DNA of 64,000 nucleotides from an uncultured Methanosarcinaceae archaeon (lineage in GTDB: Archaea > Halobacteriota > Methanosarcinia > Methanosarcinales > Methanosarcinaceae), in the NCBI GenBank assembly GCA_963733675.1, contig CAVTET010000004.1, positions 480,001 through 544,000 of the forward strand, written 5' to 3'. Positions 43,989 to 59,293 of this stretch are shown here, piece by piece. The position numbers were made by a program, and so were the translations under genes. The stretch's first letter is position 1. Each line of letters begins with the position of its first letter. The notes below the pieces were generated by a model that saw nothing but the letters and a program-made list of their open reading frames with translations, was not told the origin of the DNA and did not search any database.

Positions 43989-46802
43989 TTAATCTTCATC
44001 TGCCTCTTTTACTTCAAAATCAACTTCTTCTATTTCCTTTTCCCCTGGGTTTCCCATATCTTCAGTTTCTTCTACGTATTCAAGTAGCTCTATATCTTCG
44101 CCTTCATCCTTTGAGCCCTCTATCTCCCTTTCCTCTCCGCTAGCTTTAAGGGCAGTTAGCTTCAGATCCTTTTCAGCGTCTTCACTTTTTATTCTAGCCA
44201 CACCTACGACTTTATCACCTGGTTTGAGATTCATGAGTCTCACGCCCTGGGTGTTTCTGCCCTGGACTGAGATGTCTTTAGCCGGGATTCGAATTATGAT
44301 TCCATCTGCGCTGGTGAACATAAGTTCATCATATTCAGCTACAGATTTAACTTTCGAGACTGAACCATTCCTTATGTTGGTGATGATTGTAATCACGCCT
44401 TTTCCACCGCGTCGGTAGGCAGGGTATTGAGAGTATTTGGTGCGTTTACCAAAACCGTTTTCAGTTACTGTCAGTAGGGTTGTCGTTTCATCAACAAGAT
44501 CCATGCTGACAACTTCATCGTCCTGACCCTCAATGGTCATCCCACGAACACCTCTTGCAGCTCTGCCCATAGGTCGGACGTTTTCTTCGAGGAAGCGGAT
44601 GGCTTTACCTTTCTTTGAGACCATTACCACTTCCTTATGCCCATCAGTCAGAAGAACTTTCACAAGCTCATCGCCCTCGTCCAGAGTAACTGCAATTATA
44701 CCAGCTTTCCTGGGGTTCCTGAACTCAGAGAGAGGTGTTTTCTTGATAGTGCCTGCTCTTGTCGCCATAAGAAGATATCGATCTTCAGCAAACTCTTTTA
44801 CAGGAATCATGGCATTGACCACTTCTCCTTCCTGCAATTCCAGGAGATTTACTATGGCCTTACCTCTGGACTGACGGGAACCTTCAGGGATTTCATAGAC
44901 TTTTTGCCAATAGAGCTTGCCCAGGTTAGTGAAGAAAAGAATATAGTTATGGGTTGAGGAGATAAAGAGGTTCTCCACTAAGTCCTCTTCCTTCATCTCC
45001 ATGCCGATTATACCCCTTCCTCCACGCCGCTGCATCGAGTAAGTATCCAGAGGAATACGTTTTATATAGCCCTCGTTTGTAATCGTGACCACGACATTTT
45101 CTTCATGTATCATGTCTTCATCCGTGACCTCAGCAGCAGCCGGCACAATTTTCGTCCTGCGGACATCTCCGTATTTTTCTTTAAGTTCTATAAGCTCGTT
45201 TTTAATTATTTCATACTTGATTTCGTCGCTTTCAAGGATCTTCATGAATTCAGCGATCAGTTTCTTGAGACTTTCCAGCTCCTCAATAATTCTACGAGTC
45301 TCAAGTCCAGTAAGGCGCTGTAGACGCATTTCCAATATAGCTTTGGACTGAATTTCGTCAAGGGTAAAATTATCCATAAGGATCTGTTTTGCTATATCGG
45401 CGTTTGCTGAACCTTTAATCAAGGCAACTACTGCGTCTATATTATCCAGGGCAATCCCCAGCCCCATCAAGATGTGAGCCCTCTCTTCACTTTTTTTGAG
45501 ATCATAAAGCGTCCGCTTCTGGATGATTTCCATCCTGTAGTCCAGATAGATCTTCAGAAGTTCCTTTAGATTCAGTTCCTTTGTCTTAATTCCATCCACA
45601 AGGGCCAGGTTGATTATTCCGAAACTAGTCTCCATCTGAGTGTGCTTGTAGAGCTGATTTAAGATAACCTTTGAGTTAGACCCCCGAGAGATCTCGATAA
45701 CAACCCTAATTCCGTCCCTGTCTGACTCGTCTCGCAGATCTGAAATTCCAACTATTGTCTTATCTCGGGCGAGCTGAGCAATGTTTTCAATCATTCGAGC
45801 TTTATTCACCTGATATGGAAGCTCTGTTACAATGATCTGTTCCCTATCTTTCTTCAATACCTGTATTTCAGCGACTGCGCGAATCTTTACCGAACCCCTT
45901 CCAGTCATGTACGCAGACTTTATGCCTGCTGTTCCCAGGATATGGGCACCCGTAGGGAAGTCAGGACCCTTGATTATGGTCATGAGTTCCATAATTGTTA
46001 TTTCCGAGTTTTCAATAAGCATGAGAGTGCCGTCAATTACCTCTCTTATATTATGAGGGGCCATGTTTGTTGCCATGCCCACTGCAATGCCCGTTGATCC
46101 ATTTATGAGAAGCTGCGGAAGTTTTGTAGGAAGAACCTCGGGCTCTTCCATGGATCCATCATAGTTAGGCCTGAAGGGCACCGTTTCCTTCTCGAGATCT
46201 GCCAGCATCTCCTCTGCAATTTTGTCCATGCGAACTTCGGTATAACGCATTGCTGCAGCCTCATCCCCATCAATAGATCCGAAGTTACCCTGCCCATCGA
46301 TTAAAGGGTAACGAAGAGAGAAAGGCTGAACCATCCGCACTATACTGTCATAAACTGCAGTGTCCCCATGGGGGTGATATTTACCTAGCACGTCACCTAC
46401 CACACGGGCGGATTTCTTGTAGGACTTGTCATGGGTAATCCCTGCCTCTTTCATGGCAAAAAGTATTCTACGGTGAACCGGTTTTAAACCATCACGGGCA
46501 TCTGGAAGTGCCCTCCCGACTATCACACTCATTGCATAGTTGATGTAGGAGCGTTTCATCTCATCATCGATGAGGACAGTAGTAATCCCTGTCTTTTTAG
46601 AACTTGGTCCTTCGTCTTCAGGGTCTTCCAGAGCAGGATAGGATATGGATATTTTTGATTTCTTTTCAGGATTTTTTTGTGCGAGAGCTGAGGCAATTTC
46701 CTCATTTTCCAACTCTTCACTATGCTCTTTAGGGATCAGAGTGGCCTGATAAGATTTTTTCACTTCAGCTTCTTGTTCTATTTCGTTTTCGTCTTTTGCC
46801 AT
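43989..46802 (-). CDS. gyrA: DNA gyrase subunit A
   Basis: [28 protein letters not shown] and GyrA-box QRRGGRG; acidic N- and C-terminal extensions; start at MAKDENE. Confidence 0.99.
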   Translation of the reverse strand: MAKDENEIEQEAEVKKSYQATLIPKEHSEELENEEIASALAQKNPEKKSKISISYPALEDPEDEGPSSKKTGITTVLIDDEMKRSYINYAMSVIVGRALPDARDGLKPVHRRILFAMKEAGITHDKSYKKSARVVGDVLGKYHPHGDTAVYDSIVRMVQPFSLRYPLIDGQGNFGSIDGDEAAAMRYTEVRMDKIAEEMLADLEKETVPFRPNYDGSMEEPEVLPTKLPQLLINGSTGIAVGMATNMAPHNIREVIDGTLMLIENSEITIMELMTIIKGPDFPTGAHILGTAGIKSAYMTGRGSVKIRAVAEIQVLKKDREQIIVTELPYQVNKARMIENIAQLARDKTIVGISDLRDESDRDGIRVVIEISRGSNSKVILNQLYKHTQMETSFGIINLALVDGIKTKELNLKELLKIYLDYRMEIIQKRTLYDLKKSEERAHILMGLGIALDNIDAVVALIKGSANADIAKQILMDNFTLDEIQSKAILEMRLQRLTGLETRRIIEELESLKKLIAEFMKILESDEIKYEIIKNELIELKEKYGDVRRTKIVPAAAEVTDEDMIHEENVVVTITNEGYIKRIPLDTYSMQRRGGRGIIGMEMKEEDLVENLFISSTHNYILFFTNLGKLYWQKVYEIPEGSRQSRGKAIVNLLELQEGEVVNAMIPVKEFAEDRYLLMATRAGTIKKTPLSEFRNPRKAGIIAVTLDEGDELVKVLLTDGHKEVVMVSKKGKAIRFLEENVRPMGRAARGVRGMTIEGQDDEVVSMDLVDETTTLLTVTENGFGKRTKYSQYPAYRRGGKGVITIITNIRNGSVSKVKSVAEYDELMFTSADGIIIRIPAKDISVQGRNTQGVRLMNLKPGDKVVGVARIKSEDAEKDLKLTALKASGEEREIEGSKDEGEDIELLEYVEETEDMGNPGEKEIEEVDFEVKEADED

Positions 46803-46812
46803 TTTAGACACC

Positions 46813-48723
<1,911 letters not shown>

Positions 48724-49517
48724 TTATTCTCCATAAAAATATGATAATTATCTGAATTATGCAACATTTCGCTTTTTTTAAAAACTCGTGAGAAAACTTT
48801 TGTCAAAATAAATTTTAGAAAATAATAAGAATAATAGCCATATAATCCTTCAATTATTACCATATTGATTTTATATTTCCTACGATGTTTCTACCATAAA
48901 CCGAATTCAATCTGCACTCATACATTTTAAGCCTTTAGATCCACTGAAAATTACATTAGATTCTTCGGTCTAAATCTTCTTGGAAAAGGTATTTTTACAT
49001 AATTTTATATCCAAATTTGCGAATTTTATACTCACTTTTTAACACTTCTTTTGGTTAAATAAATATTTTCTGTTTGATAAGCAAAAATTTGTATCACCTA
49101 AGGTGTACGAGCAAGACTTGCGGCATTGTAAAAATTTTTGAATATACATTTAGATAGTCAAATCCCAAGTATTTTAATTAATAGAAGAAGTCACTTTTAT
49201 TGTATCAAGAAAATTATTAGTAAAGGCTGAGGTGAAAAAGTAATGCTTAAATAAGGTTCCTGCTTAAAAAAGCGAAGTTCAGATAATTTATAGAATCAAT
49301 TTATAAAAAGATGCAATATAACAGCACTTCACTAAATTGTAATCGATGAATACAAAAGCTGATCTACTTATGTTAGTCTTATTAAAAAATAATGTGCAGT
49401 AGAAACTCTCAAATTAGACTTCTAACTTAAAAATCGATTTTTTTTCATTAATCCTGGCTTTCACTTATTTTTTATTTTAAAGCATTAACATTAAATAATC
49501 CAAAATTTGACGTTCTC

Positions 49518-50560
49518 ATGGCTAAAAATAATGTTATATATAAAGAAGTCCTCTTCAAGGACTCCCTCGAAAACTATCTTAGCATAGAAGATACTTCAAT
49601 TTGCCAATTATTGCACTGTCTCTCATTAAGAGATTTCAAAGCACGTAGAAAACACTTTATGTACCAACAAAAGTTTTCAATGAAAGTAAAGTGTTTCTTG
49701 TATGATAAAAACTCTTTATTTTGAAAAGTTTTAAAAAACATAAGTATGATAAAACTATTTCTTCCCTAACAGAGGAAGAAGCTATTCGGGAATTTTTTTA
49801 TGAAAAAGTCCAGATAAAACTTCCTTAAGGTTGAAACCTTATCATTTTATGAATAAAAGGCTCTTAGAGAAAGGTATCAATGAGATAATTATGTTTTTGA
49901 TGAAAAAATCCTCAAAACTCTCACAAGAAAAAAAGCTAAGATCGATTTCACTTCACTTAGAGCTTCAAGATATGATTAGCATTCTGATTATAATCCACAT
50001 TATGAAAGTATAATAGATAAGGGATACATCACAACGTTTGGAACTTATCCTGTTTTCAGGATATATATTAATGGTTTTGCTTCTGATTTTCTTGAACTTA
50101 TTAAACATATACAAGCTTTACAAAAAATAAATGCTGATATAGGATCATATTCTTCTGACGAGGTTATGATTCTTTTCTTAATCATACATAAATGTGGTTT
50201 CATCTTAAAGCAACAACAGGCATTACTTATACATCAAATGCCGTAATCAATAAGAAAGTAGAGATTGAGAGAATAGATCATGGGCCAATAAAATATGGAA
50301 AAAAGGAAGAGAAATATCAACAAAAAAATGGGAGAAATACTCAGTTTCGATGCCATAATGGAAGAATGGTTCAGATTGGAATACTTTAGTTTGATTGGAG
50401 CTAAACATATAAATTCTTTTTGCTACCGCTATTATCAAAAATAGTTCAATTTTGATTCAATCAAAGATGACACATGAGCTATATTTCAAGGTTCTAGCAA
50501 CAACGTCTATACAAATTGTCATTCACACACTCAATTCAAAATACAGGTTAAAAAAATACG
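49518..50560 (+). mobile_element. Degraded transposase relic (ISNCY-like Methanosarcina family)
   Basis: Multi-frame fragments: SICQLLHCL, LTEEEAI, RLLEKGINEI, IDFTSLRASRYD.HSDYNPHYE, WFHLKA, ERIDH. Family assigned from memory. Confidence 0.6.
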
Positions 50561-51244
50561 TTGTGGAGTTTAGTTAAGCAATCATCTAAAGAAAATAGAG
50601 TTGTAGCCATCAAAATAGATAAAAATCAAAATGAGTTTAAGAAATGTATTTCTCTACAAAAAAAATATTTGACTCGATCAAATTTCCTGTTATTTGTTTC
50701 ACTGTAGTAAATATATAAGTATAAAATAATCTCCCTGTGGATATAAAAAGGGAAATGGAACAAATTCAAGGTAAAATTCGAGAAAATGGATAGAATTATA
50801 TAGGGTATCTGAGCTGTTGGCGAAGTATTAAACTTGTTAAAGTAAGAAGCTTCTCAATTTAATCCTAAGAGTAAACATCAATGTATTTTTATTCCGTCAT
50901 TTAGCTATAACTATCTTTTTTAAGGAAAATATATTCTACAATGTTTATCTAGTTTCTAGATATTCATATATAAAACGTAAATGAATAAAACTTAATCAGT
51001 TTATTTAAAAATGAAGAAGTATAAATTGAATAAATTATAATAGTTGATTACTGCGAGTATCGCACATGCTCAAATTTAGAAATTTTAAAACATCAATCTT
51101 GTAGGCAAACCTTGTAGATGGGGACGAAACAATTGCCGATACTGGGAAATCATGCAAATCAATTCTATTGATTTTGATTGCACCAGTGCTTGAATTCACA
51201 GTTTTCGTTAATAATTTTAAAATATAACTTGGGGGTTATTCAAA

Positions 51245-52215
51245 TTGAATAATGAGCAGTCTATAGGCAAAGAAATCAAGTGTATAAGTAAAACAGAACA
51301 ATATCAACCCGAAAGAGGTATAACTCCCCAGAACATCATAGTAGTTCTTCCTGCTTATAATGAAGAAGTCTCCATCGGAAGCATGGTTCTCCTGACCAAA
51401 TTTTATGCGGACAACGTAATAGTTGTTGACGACGGTAGTTCAGACCGTACATCTGACATTGCCAAAGAAGCTGGAGCCGAAGTAATCGTACATCAAATCA
51501 ACATGGGAAAAGGGGAGCTCTAAAAACCGGTTTTACAGTCGCAGCCAGTTTGGGTGTCGATGTAATTGTAACAATGGATTCAGACGGCCAGCACAACCCT
51601 GCCGACATTCCAAAGCTAATAGCTCCAATTATTGAGGGAAATGCTGACATTGTAAATGGTAGCCGTTACTTAAACGGCCTTGACAAAAGCACTCCTTTTT
51701 ACCGCCGCGTCGGCCAGACCATTTTGGACAGGTTCACTAACATAAACTCAGGCATCCATATTACCGATTCCCAGAGCGGTTTTCGCGCCTTTGCAGCCTC
51801 TACAATAGAGGTTTTTCGCTTTAATGCACCGGGTATGGCTATAGAAAGCGAAATGCTTGCAGATGCCGGGAAAGCCGGCCTCCGCATAAAAGAAGTCGAG
51901 ATCGGGGTCCGTTATGACGTTGACTGTTCCACCAAACATCCGATCCATCACGGCCTTGAAGTCCTCATCATGATCTTAAAGGACATTGAATTCGACAAGC
52001 CCCTTTTTTACTTCACAATCCCCGGTATATCTCTTGGAGTAGGCGGTCTCTACATGGTTGCACACTTTCTGCAAACATTTTCTATGGGAGAAAATCTCAG
52101 TTTCGGGCTTACGATGCTCATGATCTTACTAATTGCTACAGGGAGTTTTATGGCTCTAACAGGCATCATGCTGCATTCAATGTCTGCAATCCTTAAGGGT
52201 ATTAGGGCAGCTTAA
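51245..52215 (+). pseudogene. GT2 glycosyltransferase split by a single-base frameshift
   Basis: PAYNEE/DDGSSD (ORF1) and DSDGQH/TDSQSGFRA (ORF2). One extra G in the G4 run at 51512-51515 restores GKGGALKTG. Confidence 0.85.
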
Positions 52216-52892
52216 ATCTATACTAAGGAAACACTTTTTTTTGAAAACATTGCGGATTCCCATCTCACACCTACATTCACATGATTTGCAGGTTTTTCAT
52301 TTTTGTTCATGAAATGCCCAAGGAATGTCAGTTTATAAATTGGAACCGGATCCAAAAACTCAAAATTTGCTTACTTGAATTTCATATTTTGAGTGGATAA
52401 TCTAGTTTTATGATCATGACAAAGATTCTGAAAACTCTTAACCATTAGAAGCAGAATGGCTTTCGAGGTAAATTCAATCAAAAATAAAAAAGAGCTATTC
52501 TTTTTTGCCTTGAATCCATTTGCCAGCTTTGCAGCATCTAGTCTTTCACCATGAACATTTTTGCCTTTGTTTTCAATAATCCTGTATTACACAAAAGGTG
52601 ACTATAATAGAGGACCACCAAAAAATATACACCGGGCTAGAAGCTTTTGATTCTGACTTTAACAAAAAAATCTGTACCGGATTAAACATCTATCTTCATT
52701 AAAGAAAAAATAAGCATAAATAATAAAATATTTCGATAAATGTCTGATGTTCAGCAAATACCTATACATATTTTATAGGTTATATAATACAGGTTAGGTA
52801 TTTACCTAAATACTTGAAAATAAATAGTTGAATTTCCCCAAATATAGCTAAATATGGAAAAGTATAATTCAAAGGAAGTATCAGCCTAAGAT

Positions 52893-53756
52893 TTATTTTT
52901 TTCTCTGCTGTTTCTTTTCGTATTCCTTTTCGAGTTCAAAAATTCCTCTAGCTGCCTCAAGTTCTTTTTCAATCCTGGAATAATGTAAAAGCACAAGACC
53001 AACACCAATGATCAGTACCACAATTGTGGCTAAGAAAAATATAGGCGCAGATTTAGTATAATATTTTACCTGAATAGCAACTTCTCTTTTTCCCATTTTC
53101 GAAGAAATCCAACGAAGATTTTGCCTTCCTTTTTCATCAAAAGTTACGTTGGAAGGTGTCGGTAGTGCGATTCCAAATACCCTGTTGCCAGTAACATACC
53201 CTACTGGAAGAACCACACGGATAAACTCAGAATCAGGTTTTATGAATCCAAAGCTCTGGGTCCCTGGAATTTCATTTGTATAAGCAATAAATCCTGTGAC
53301 AGGTTCTTCAAATTCTAGGTGTATAACTTTCAGGTTCTGGCTAATTTCTTGAATCAGAGTATATTTCACAGATGAATTCTCAGTTTTGTGTGAAATTTCT
53401 CGTAAAGTATTGACGTCTGCTACGATCTTCTTCGAAAGATCCACAAGCAATACAAAATTTTCAATTGGTTTATCCTCTGAATTGCCGCCTAAGGTATCGG
53501 GAGGATAAATATCAAATTTACTACAATTTATTACAATGTTTACAACCTGTACTTTTCTATTATCCTCTGATATATAGTATGTGCTGGTATTTGCAGGTGT
53601 TTGATTGATCCATGAATCCTGAAAAACCTCAAATTCATAGCTAGAGATATTGCCGGGCTGATCAAGGAAAATTTTCTTTTTTTCGTCGATACAACCTGAT
53701 ACTAGGACCACCATCAGGACAAGGAATATAAAAATTAGTTTAGTTTTTATTTCCAC
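52893..53756 (-). CDS. Putative lipoprotein with C-terminal TM (DUF5803-like)
   Basis: Signal peptide with VLVSGC lipobox; VVLPVGY..G..FG motif; C-terminal TM and charged tail. Confidence 0.7.
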   Translation of the reverse strand: MEIKTKLIFIFLVLMVVLVSGCIDEKKKIFLDQPGNISSYEFEVFQDSWINQTPANTSTYYISEDNRKVQVVNIVINCSKFDIYPPDTLGGNSEDKPIENFVLLVDLSKKIVADVNTLREISHKTENSSVKYTLIQEISQNLKVIHLEFEEPVTGFIAYTNEIPGTQSFGFIKPDSEFIRVVLPVGYVTGNRVFGIALPTPSNVTFDEKGRQNLRWISSKMGKREVAIQVKYYTKSAPIFFLATIVVLIIGVGLVLLHYSRIEKELEAARGIFELEKEYEKKQQRKK

Positions 53757-54362
53757 AAAAATTCTCCCTTTAGCTTCAAGCGATCTTTTTCAGCCTGCGA
53801 CAATTTCTTTCTCCCCCAAAGTGAAGCCATTTTAGGATATGGAACATGTTAGCCTTTATCCTATGCTCTCTCTTCTTAATAAATAAAGCGGATATCCAGT
53901 AATTCCGAATCTTTAAGTTCCAAAGCCATTTCTACAACTCCGACCTATATTAAAAAAATATTTTAAGTTCATGAAGCAATTGGTTTAACATCGAAAAACA
54001 ATTACACTTTCGAATATAAGTTTAAGGGCTGAGAATCAACTTTCAATATTATGACAATGTTGGATCAGAACAGAGAATGCATCTGATTTGCAACAAATAA
54101 AAAAATTGATATTATAGCCAAATTTGGCAAGAAAAAAATCTTATGAATGCAGAGAAAGATGGAATATAGAAACTGGATATAAGTAAACTATGAGTTTAAT
54201 ATACTAACATGTCCAAAATCATCCCATCGCAAAGAATTTTTTTTGCAATACAATATTCGAAACTACATCAAATCTGAACTACTGTAATCGTGATGTAAAA
54301 GGGCAACATAAAACTCCAATTTCCTAAAGAAAGAATAAAAATCAGGCAGATAAACTCAAAAC

Positions 54363-54620
54363 TCAGGGGCTAAGCTTTCCAGAAAAATTCAAAAATCTCT
54401 CCATCATAGGCCAGTCAATTTTCTTTATATACTTTGCCTGGATCTTTGAAATATAAAGAACATTACTACCAATAAGTATCTTAAGGTCTGAAGGTTTGTG
54501 TGAAACGTAATCAAGCGTAAGAAGTACCGGGCCCTCTGTAGAGGTGGAAAGCCTGAAATCCTGCCCACTTTTTCTTATATAAGCTCTTACCTTCTCATCA
54601 ATTGCAAACGACGGAATCAT
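54363..54620 (-). CDS. Conserved small hypothetical protein
   Basis: 85 aa, DFRLSTS.EGPVLL..KPSDLKI..G..LYISK.QA; normal protein composition. Confidence 0.6.
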   Translation of the reverse strand: MIPSFAIDEKVRAYIRKSGQDFRLSTSTEGPVLLTLDYVSHKPSDLKILIGSNVLYISKIQAKYIKKIDWPMMERFLNFSGKLSP

Positions 54621-54968
54621 ATTAGCACCATACAAAATTTGCCCTGGGAAGATAAATAATTACAGGTTTTGAAACTTGGGTCAGCCGTCATAAAGTGATT
54701 GATATTTTCATAATCAAGTTTCCATTGTGACTAAAATTTATGTTCCCATGCGCCTAAGTATATATGTTCTAACTAACCTCATTGAAGTGCAGAACGAAGA
54801 GACCAAAAAATAGTACGACATGCGTTTTGATAAGAAAATCAATCAAATAATCGAAGAGGACAAAAATTGAGAGATGATAAAAACTCGACGATACGGATAA
54901 AGTTCTGACCTTTAAGAATCTCCAGGGCAGTTTTAAATTGGATGAAAGCAATTTAGAACAAAGATATT

Positions 54969-55280
54969 ATGATGATGAGAGATAAGAGAAAACTTGTAAT
55001 CTGGCCAATATACATTGACCAGATGAAGTCAAGGAGCAAGGGAAGAATAATAGCTCGGAAAAATTCGATCAAGGAGCCGCAGCTCAATGAGATAAAAGAG
55101 GCAGCCAGACAACTTGGCCTAAATCCTGAAATAGAGCCCGAAAAAGCCTACCCCAAGTCCTGGTGGGAAGTAAGTGGGAGAGTGCTTGTAGACGACAAAG
55201 GTCCTAAATCAATTATCACAAAACAGATAGCCTTGTCCATAAAAAAAATGCGCGGACAGAAGGACTCTACTAGAAGTTGA
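54969..55280 (+). CDS. srp19: Signal recognition particle 19 kDa protein
   Basis: VIWPIYID...SRSKGR, YPKSWW and GRV motifs. Confidence 0.96.
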   Translation: MMMRDKRKLVIWPIYIDQMKSRSKGRIIARKNSIKEPQLNEIKEAARQLGLNPEIEPEKAYPKSWWEVSGRVLVDDKGPKSIITKQIALSIKKMRGQKDSTRS

Positions 55281-55946
55281 AATTAAAAATCACTCGGAAT
55301 TGAAGTTAATAATTGACTTTTTTCGGTGAAGTAAAGAATCAATTAAAGGAGTTGCCTTAAATTAAAATTTCAAATTAAATTTATATTTGCATGTGTAAAA
55401 ACTACTTTTAGTCAAATTCAAATAATTCTGATAATTTTTACCTTATCAGTTTTGTTTCTGCAATTTTTGTCCGAATTAATGTTTGTATAAATTTCATTAC
55501 CATATTTTTTGTATACATTACTTAATTACTCACAACTAATTTCCAAAGATATGCACAAAATACCATCTATTTTCTCAACATGAAAGTGGATTAAAAATTA
55601 GACTAACCTTCAATGAATAATAGTAGATAAATGGATAGACAAATCAAATATATATATTGTATTTATAAATATGGGATTTCTGTTTAAGAACATATTGCCT
55701 TGATTATTCATTCCATAATCTGGAAAAACTTTATTCAAGCAACAAAACTATGAGAAATCCATACCAGAAAGAATTTCAATCCACACAAATAATAATAGAA
55801 TCAGCATAACTATTCAGCCTAGGGGGAAAAAAAAATATCATTAGTGATCTTTACTAAAACTCAATGCAAATTTAGTCAGAATATCTGATTAATCTGTAGA
55901 GTATTAGTAATAGTTATTATTTTTCCATTAGTTAGTAATCAGAAAA

Positions 55947-56033
55947 GAATTTTGATAAACCTCCGATTTCCGCAAATTAATTATATAGGCATTACAAACA
56001 ACCAGCCAAAAATTGGGGTTTCTCGAAATCCTC
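55947..56033. repeat. Second copy of the about 88-bp inverted-end element
   Basis: GAATTTTGATAAACCTCCGATTT...AAATTGGGGTTTCTCGAAATCCTC. Confidence 0.55.
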
Positions 56034-56613
56034 AGAAGTTACTTACTAAGGAAACGATCTAAAATCGGATCATGTCCTTGAGTAATTGAGCAAATCTAAA
56101 AAAAGAGTACAACTATCATTTTTTGGACAAATATAAAGAGAGTTTCATGCTTACCATTTTCACAAAATCATGGATACGACCGAAAATTGATAGCAAGAAA
56201 AATTGTGAACTATGATGTTTTACTGGGGAAGTGGTTGAAAAATTGGATAACATAATTTCATGAAACTCAGTGTATGAGTCCTTGTTCTCAAGCTCTAAAT
56301 CCCAGTATATAATAGCTTTTGGGGCCTTCTCCTTGAAAGGCAATTTCTAATATTTGACCTGTATTTGAGATAACTTTTTGGAAAAAAAGCTATCTCATAG
56401 TCGAAAGTTTTTCAATCACACCTTAATATGTAGAAGATATTTTAGTAACTATGAGATTTTGGAACTACTGTTTCTGTAAAACACAAGTTTCCGTCACATC
56501 TAATATATGAATATAGCTAGAAGAATATGGTCAAAAATAATTCACGGATAAATTTATGTTCCCGGAGGTTCCGAAGATTTGTAGTCTCAGAAATCCTGAA
56601 CAAATAAATTGAA

Positions 56614-58290
56614 TTAATACGAATAATCCTTTTTTTTCGTACTTTTCGTATTTCTCATGTTATTCGAATTATTCATGGTGCCAGAATTAGTCATATTCTT
56701 TGAGCCTTTTCCCTTTGATTTCTGGGCAAGTTCCACAAAGGGTTTTCGTCCTTTCTTTTTGTTTTTGAATATTTCAAGTAATGTTTCAGCCTGAGCAAAG
56801 GGTACAGTTACGAAAGAAAAATTTGGAAAAATCTCTGCATCCATTATTTTCAGTTCGCTATCTCCTGTCTCCTCCTGTATGAACTCTCGTAACTTGTCCG
56901 GAGTCATGCCGTCGAATTTTCCCATGGCAATAAATAGCCTGGTTTTACCCTTTCTATCGACATATGAACTGCCGGTAATCTCTGCATACATGCTTTCATC
57001 GAACTTTTCCTTGAAAGCGTACTTAAGGACTGCGGCCAGGATTTTCTCTGCCGGATATTCATCGAGGAGTTTTTCACTCATTTCAAGGCAATCAATGTAT
57101 TCTTCTGCTTTTATGGTTGACTCAAGTTCAGCTTTCACTCTTGCCCGTTTGGCTTTGATAACATCTTTTATTTCAGGCAATCTTCCTTTCCTCATATCGG
57201 ACTTTGAAGTTTTTATAATGTAGGTTAACCGCCTATATTCCGTGGATGTAACAAAGGTGATAGCAGTTCCCTGCTTACCAGCTCTTCCTGTCCTTCCTAT
57301 TCTGTGCACGTAGGAATCAGGATCTTGGGGCAATGAATAGTTGATAACATGGGTTAACTCTATGATATCGATACCTCTCGCTGCAACATCAGTTGCTACC
57401 AGGATATTGATCTTCTGCTTCCTAAATTTGTTCAGGATTTTTTCCCGCTCCTGTTGTGAGAGGTCACCGTGTAGAGCATCGACTAAATAACCCCTATCTC
57501 CTAAATTTTGAGCAAGCTTACTTGTATCAGTTTTTGTCCTGCAAAATATGAGCCCGTAAAATTCATCTTCAATGTCAATAATCCTGCAGAGGGCCTCAAA
57601 TTTATCGCTTTCCTGGACTTCGAAGTAGATTTGTTCGGTCAGGTCTGTGACAAGTTCCTCCTCAATGGCAACGTGCTCATATTTTTGCATATACTTTTTG
57701 ACGATCCCAAGGATTGCTTTTGGCATTGTAGCTGAAAAGAAAAGCATTCTTTTTTTAGGACCAGTTGCATTCAAAATATCCTTTATAGCATCAATAAAAC
57801 CCATGTTTAGCATTTCGTCGGCTTCATCCAGCACGAAATATGCAACATCTTTGAGGTTTAAGCTCTTTCGCTCAAGGTGGTCGATGATTCGTCCAGGTGT
57901 TCCGACAACAATGTCAACCCCGATTTTCAGTGCACGAAGTTGCTGGGTCATAGACTGCCCACCATATATGGGGATGATATGCAATTTTTTATCCCCTTTG
58001 AGGGAATTTAGTTCCTCTGAAACCTGAATTGCCAATTCTCGGGTTGGTGTCAGGATTATTGCCTGTATTTTCCCTGATTTTTCAGGGATTTTTTCGATAA
58101 TAGGGGCTCCGAAAGCCGTTGTTTTCCCTGTCCCGGTCTGTGCCTGCCCTATAATATCACACTCTCCTTTCAAAAAAAGTGGGATAACCTTTTCCTGGAT
58201 TGGAGTTGGTTCTTCAAACCCTTTCTTTTTTAGAGCTTTCAACGTGCTGTCTGAAAGCCCTAATGCCTTAAATTTTGCTAATTTTTCCAT
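56614..58290 (-). CDS. DEAD-box RNA helicase with DbpA-type RNA-binding domain (DeaD/CsdA-like)
   Basis: Q motif PTPIQ, TGTGKT, PTRELA, DEAD, SAT, ARGID and HRIGRTGRAG; C-terminal RLFIAMG..DG. Confidence 0.96.
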   Translation of the reverse strand: MEKLAKFKALGLSDSTLKALKKKGFEEPTPIQEKVIPLFLKGECDIIGQAQTGTGKTTAFGAPIIEKIPEKSGKIQAIILTPTRELAIQVSEELNSLKGDKKLHIIPIYGGQSMTQQLRALKIGVDIVVGTPGRIIDHLERKSLNLKDVAYFVLDEADEMLNMGFIDAIKDILNATGPKKRMLFFSATMPKAILGIVKKYMQKYEHVAIEEELVTDLTEQIYFEVQESDKFEALCRIIDIEDEFYGLIFCRTKTDTSKLAQNLGDRGYLVDALHGDLSQQEREKILNKFRKQKINILVATDVAARGIDIIELTHVINYSLPQDPDSYVHRIGRTGRAGKQGTAITFVTSTEYRRLTYIIKTSKSDMRKGRLPEIKDVIKAKRARVKAELESTIKAEEYIDCLEMSEKLLDEYPAEKILAAVLKYAFKEKFDESMYAEITGSSYVDRKGKTRLFIAMGKFDGMTPDKLREFIQEETGDSELKIMDAEIFPNFSFVTVPFAQAETLLEIFKNKKKGRKPFVELAQKSKGKGSKNMTNSGTMNNSNNMRNTKSTKKKDYSY

Positions 58291-59293
58291 ATACTCACTC
58301 TATTATTGACAATTATTTTCTACAAATCTTGCAAATTGCAGACTTGCTACTATTACTCGCTACAGCATACCCAGCACTTTCATTTATGGAAAAACGTCAC
58401 TTATTAAAACGGTAAAGAGACCAGCTAAATATAAGTAAACACGCAGTATAAATGGTTAATATTCCCGGGAATGCTAGAATGTGCCTAAGGACCAGGTAAA
58501 TTCAGAAACTGAATACATAAAACTTATACAGCAAAAATAAGATTTTCTTGGATAAGTTCCATATGCTTTTTTGAATTCATCCCTATGGTGCAGGCAAACT
58601 AATTGATTACACTGAATAATTTTTTATTTTGATAGTTATCCTGTAATTTAGATAGTTATCCTGTAACTCCGTTTCATGTATATAACCCTTTGCAGCCTGT
58701 CTAATGATAACATGTGAGACGAAGTTTACGATTCTCCAGCATAACGCTTGAGCCCAAAATATAGAATGTTTGAAGGTAATGGATACTATTAGTACTAACC
58801 TTAAAGACGAAGTTTATAAGTAAACATTTTAATGGGAGGTAAAATCTCTCAATAGAGTTTCTGATTTATTCGAACTTGTCCTAAATTTCTTATACCCTAT
58901 TTGTTCTGTATCGTTGTGACCCTCAAAAACTCAACAAAATTTGTGCACTCACCCAGAAAACTATTAAATAGCATGCAGAATTTTGCAAAGTGCTATAATT
59001 TCCTAAAGTCAAGCTGGCTAGCTTCCTTGTGATCTGCTCTCTGATTCATCTGTGCTTCAAGTAGAAGGATCTCAAAATAAACTATGGAGTTCAGAAAATT
59101 ACCATAGTCTTTGAGAACTCTTCCGAGATGCTAAGTAAAATAAGTCACTTCAAAAGTTCATTAATTATAAAAATTGGTTTCTGCGCCTTTGCTAAGAAAA
59201 TTTGGATCAATTTTCAGACCATAAATTGCTTACTTTTTTCCTGTCGCCTTTTCATAATATTAACTCACTCACTGGGAACAAATATAAATTTAA

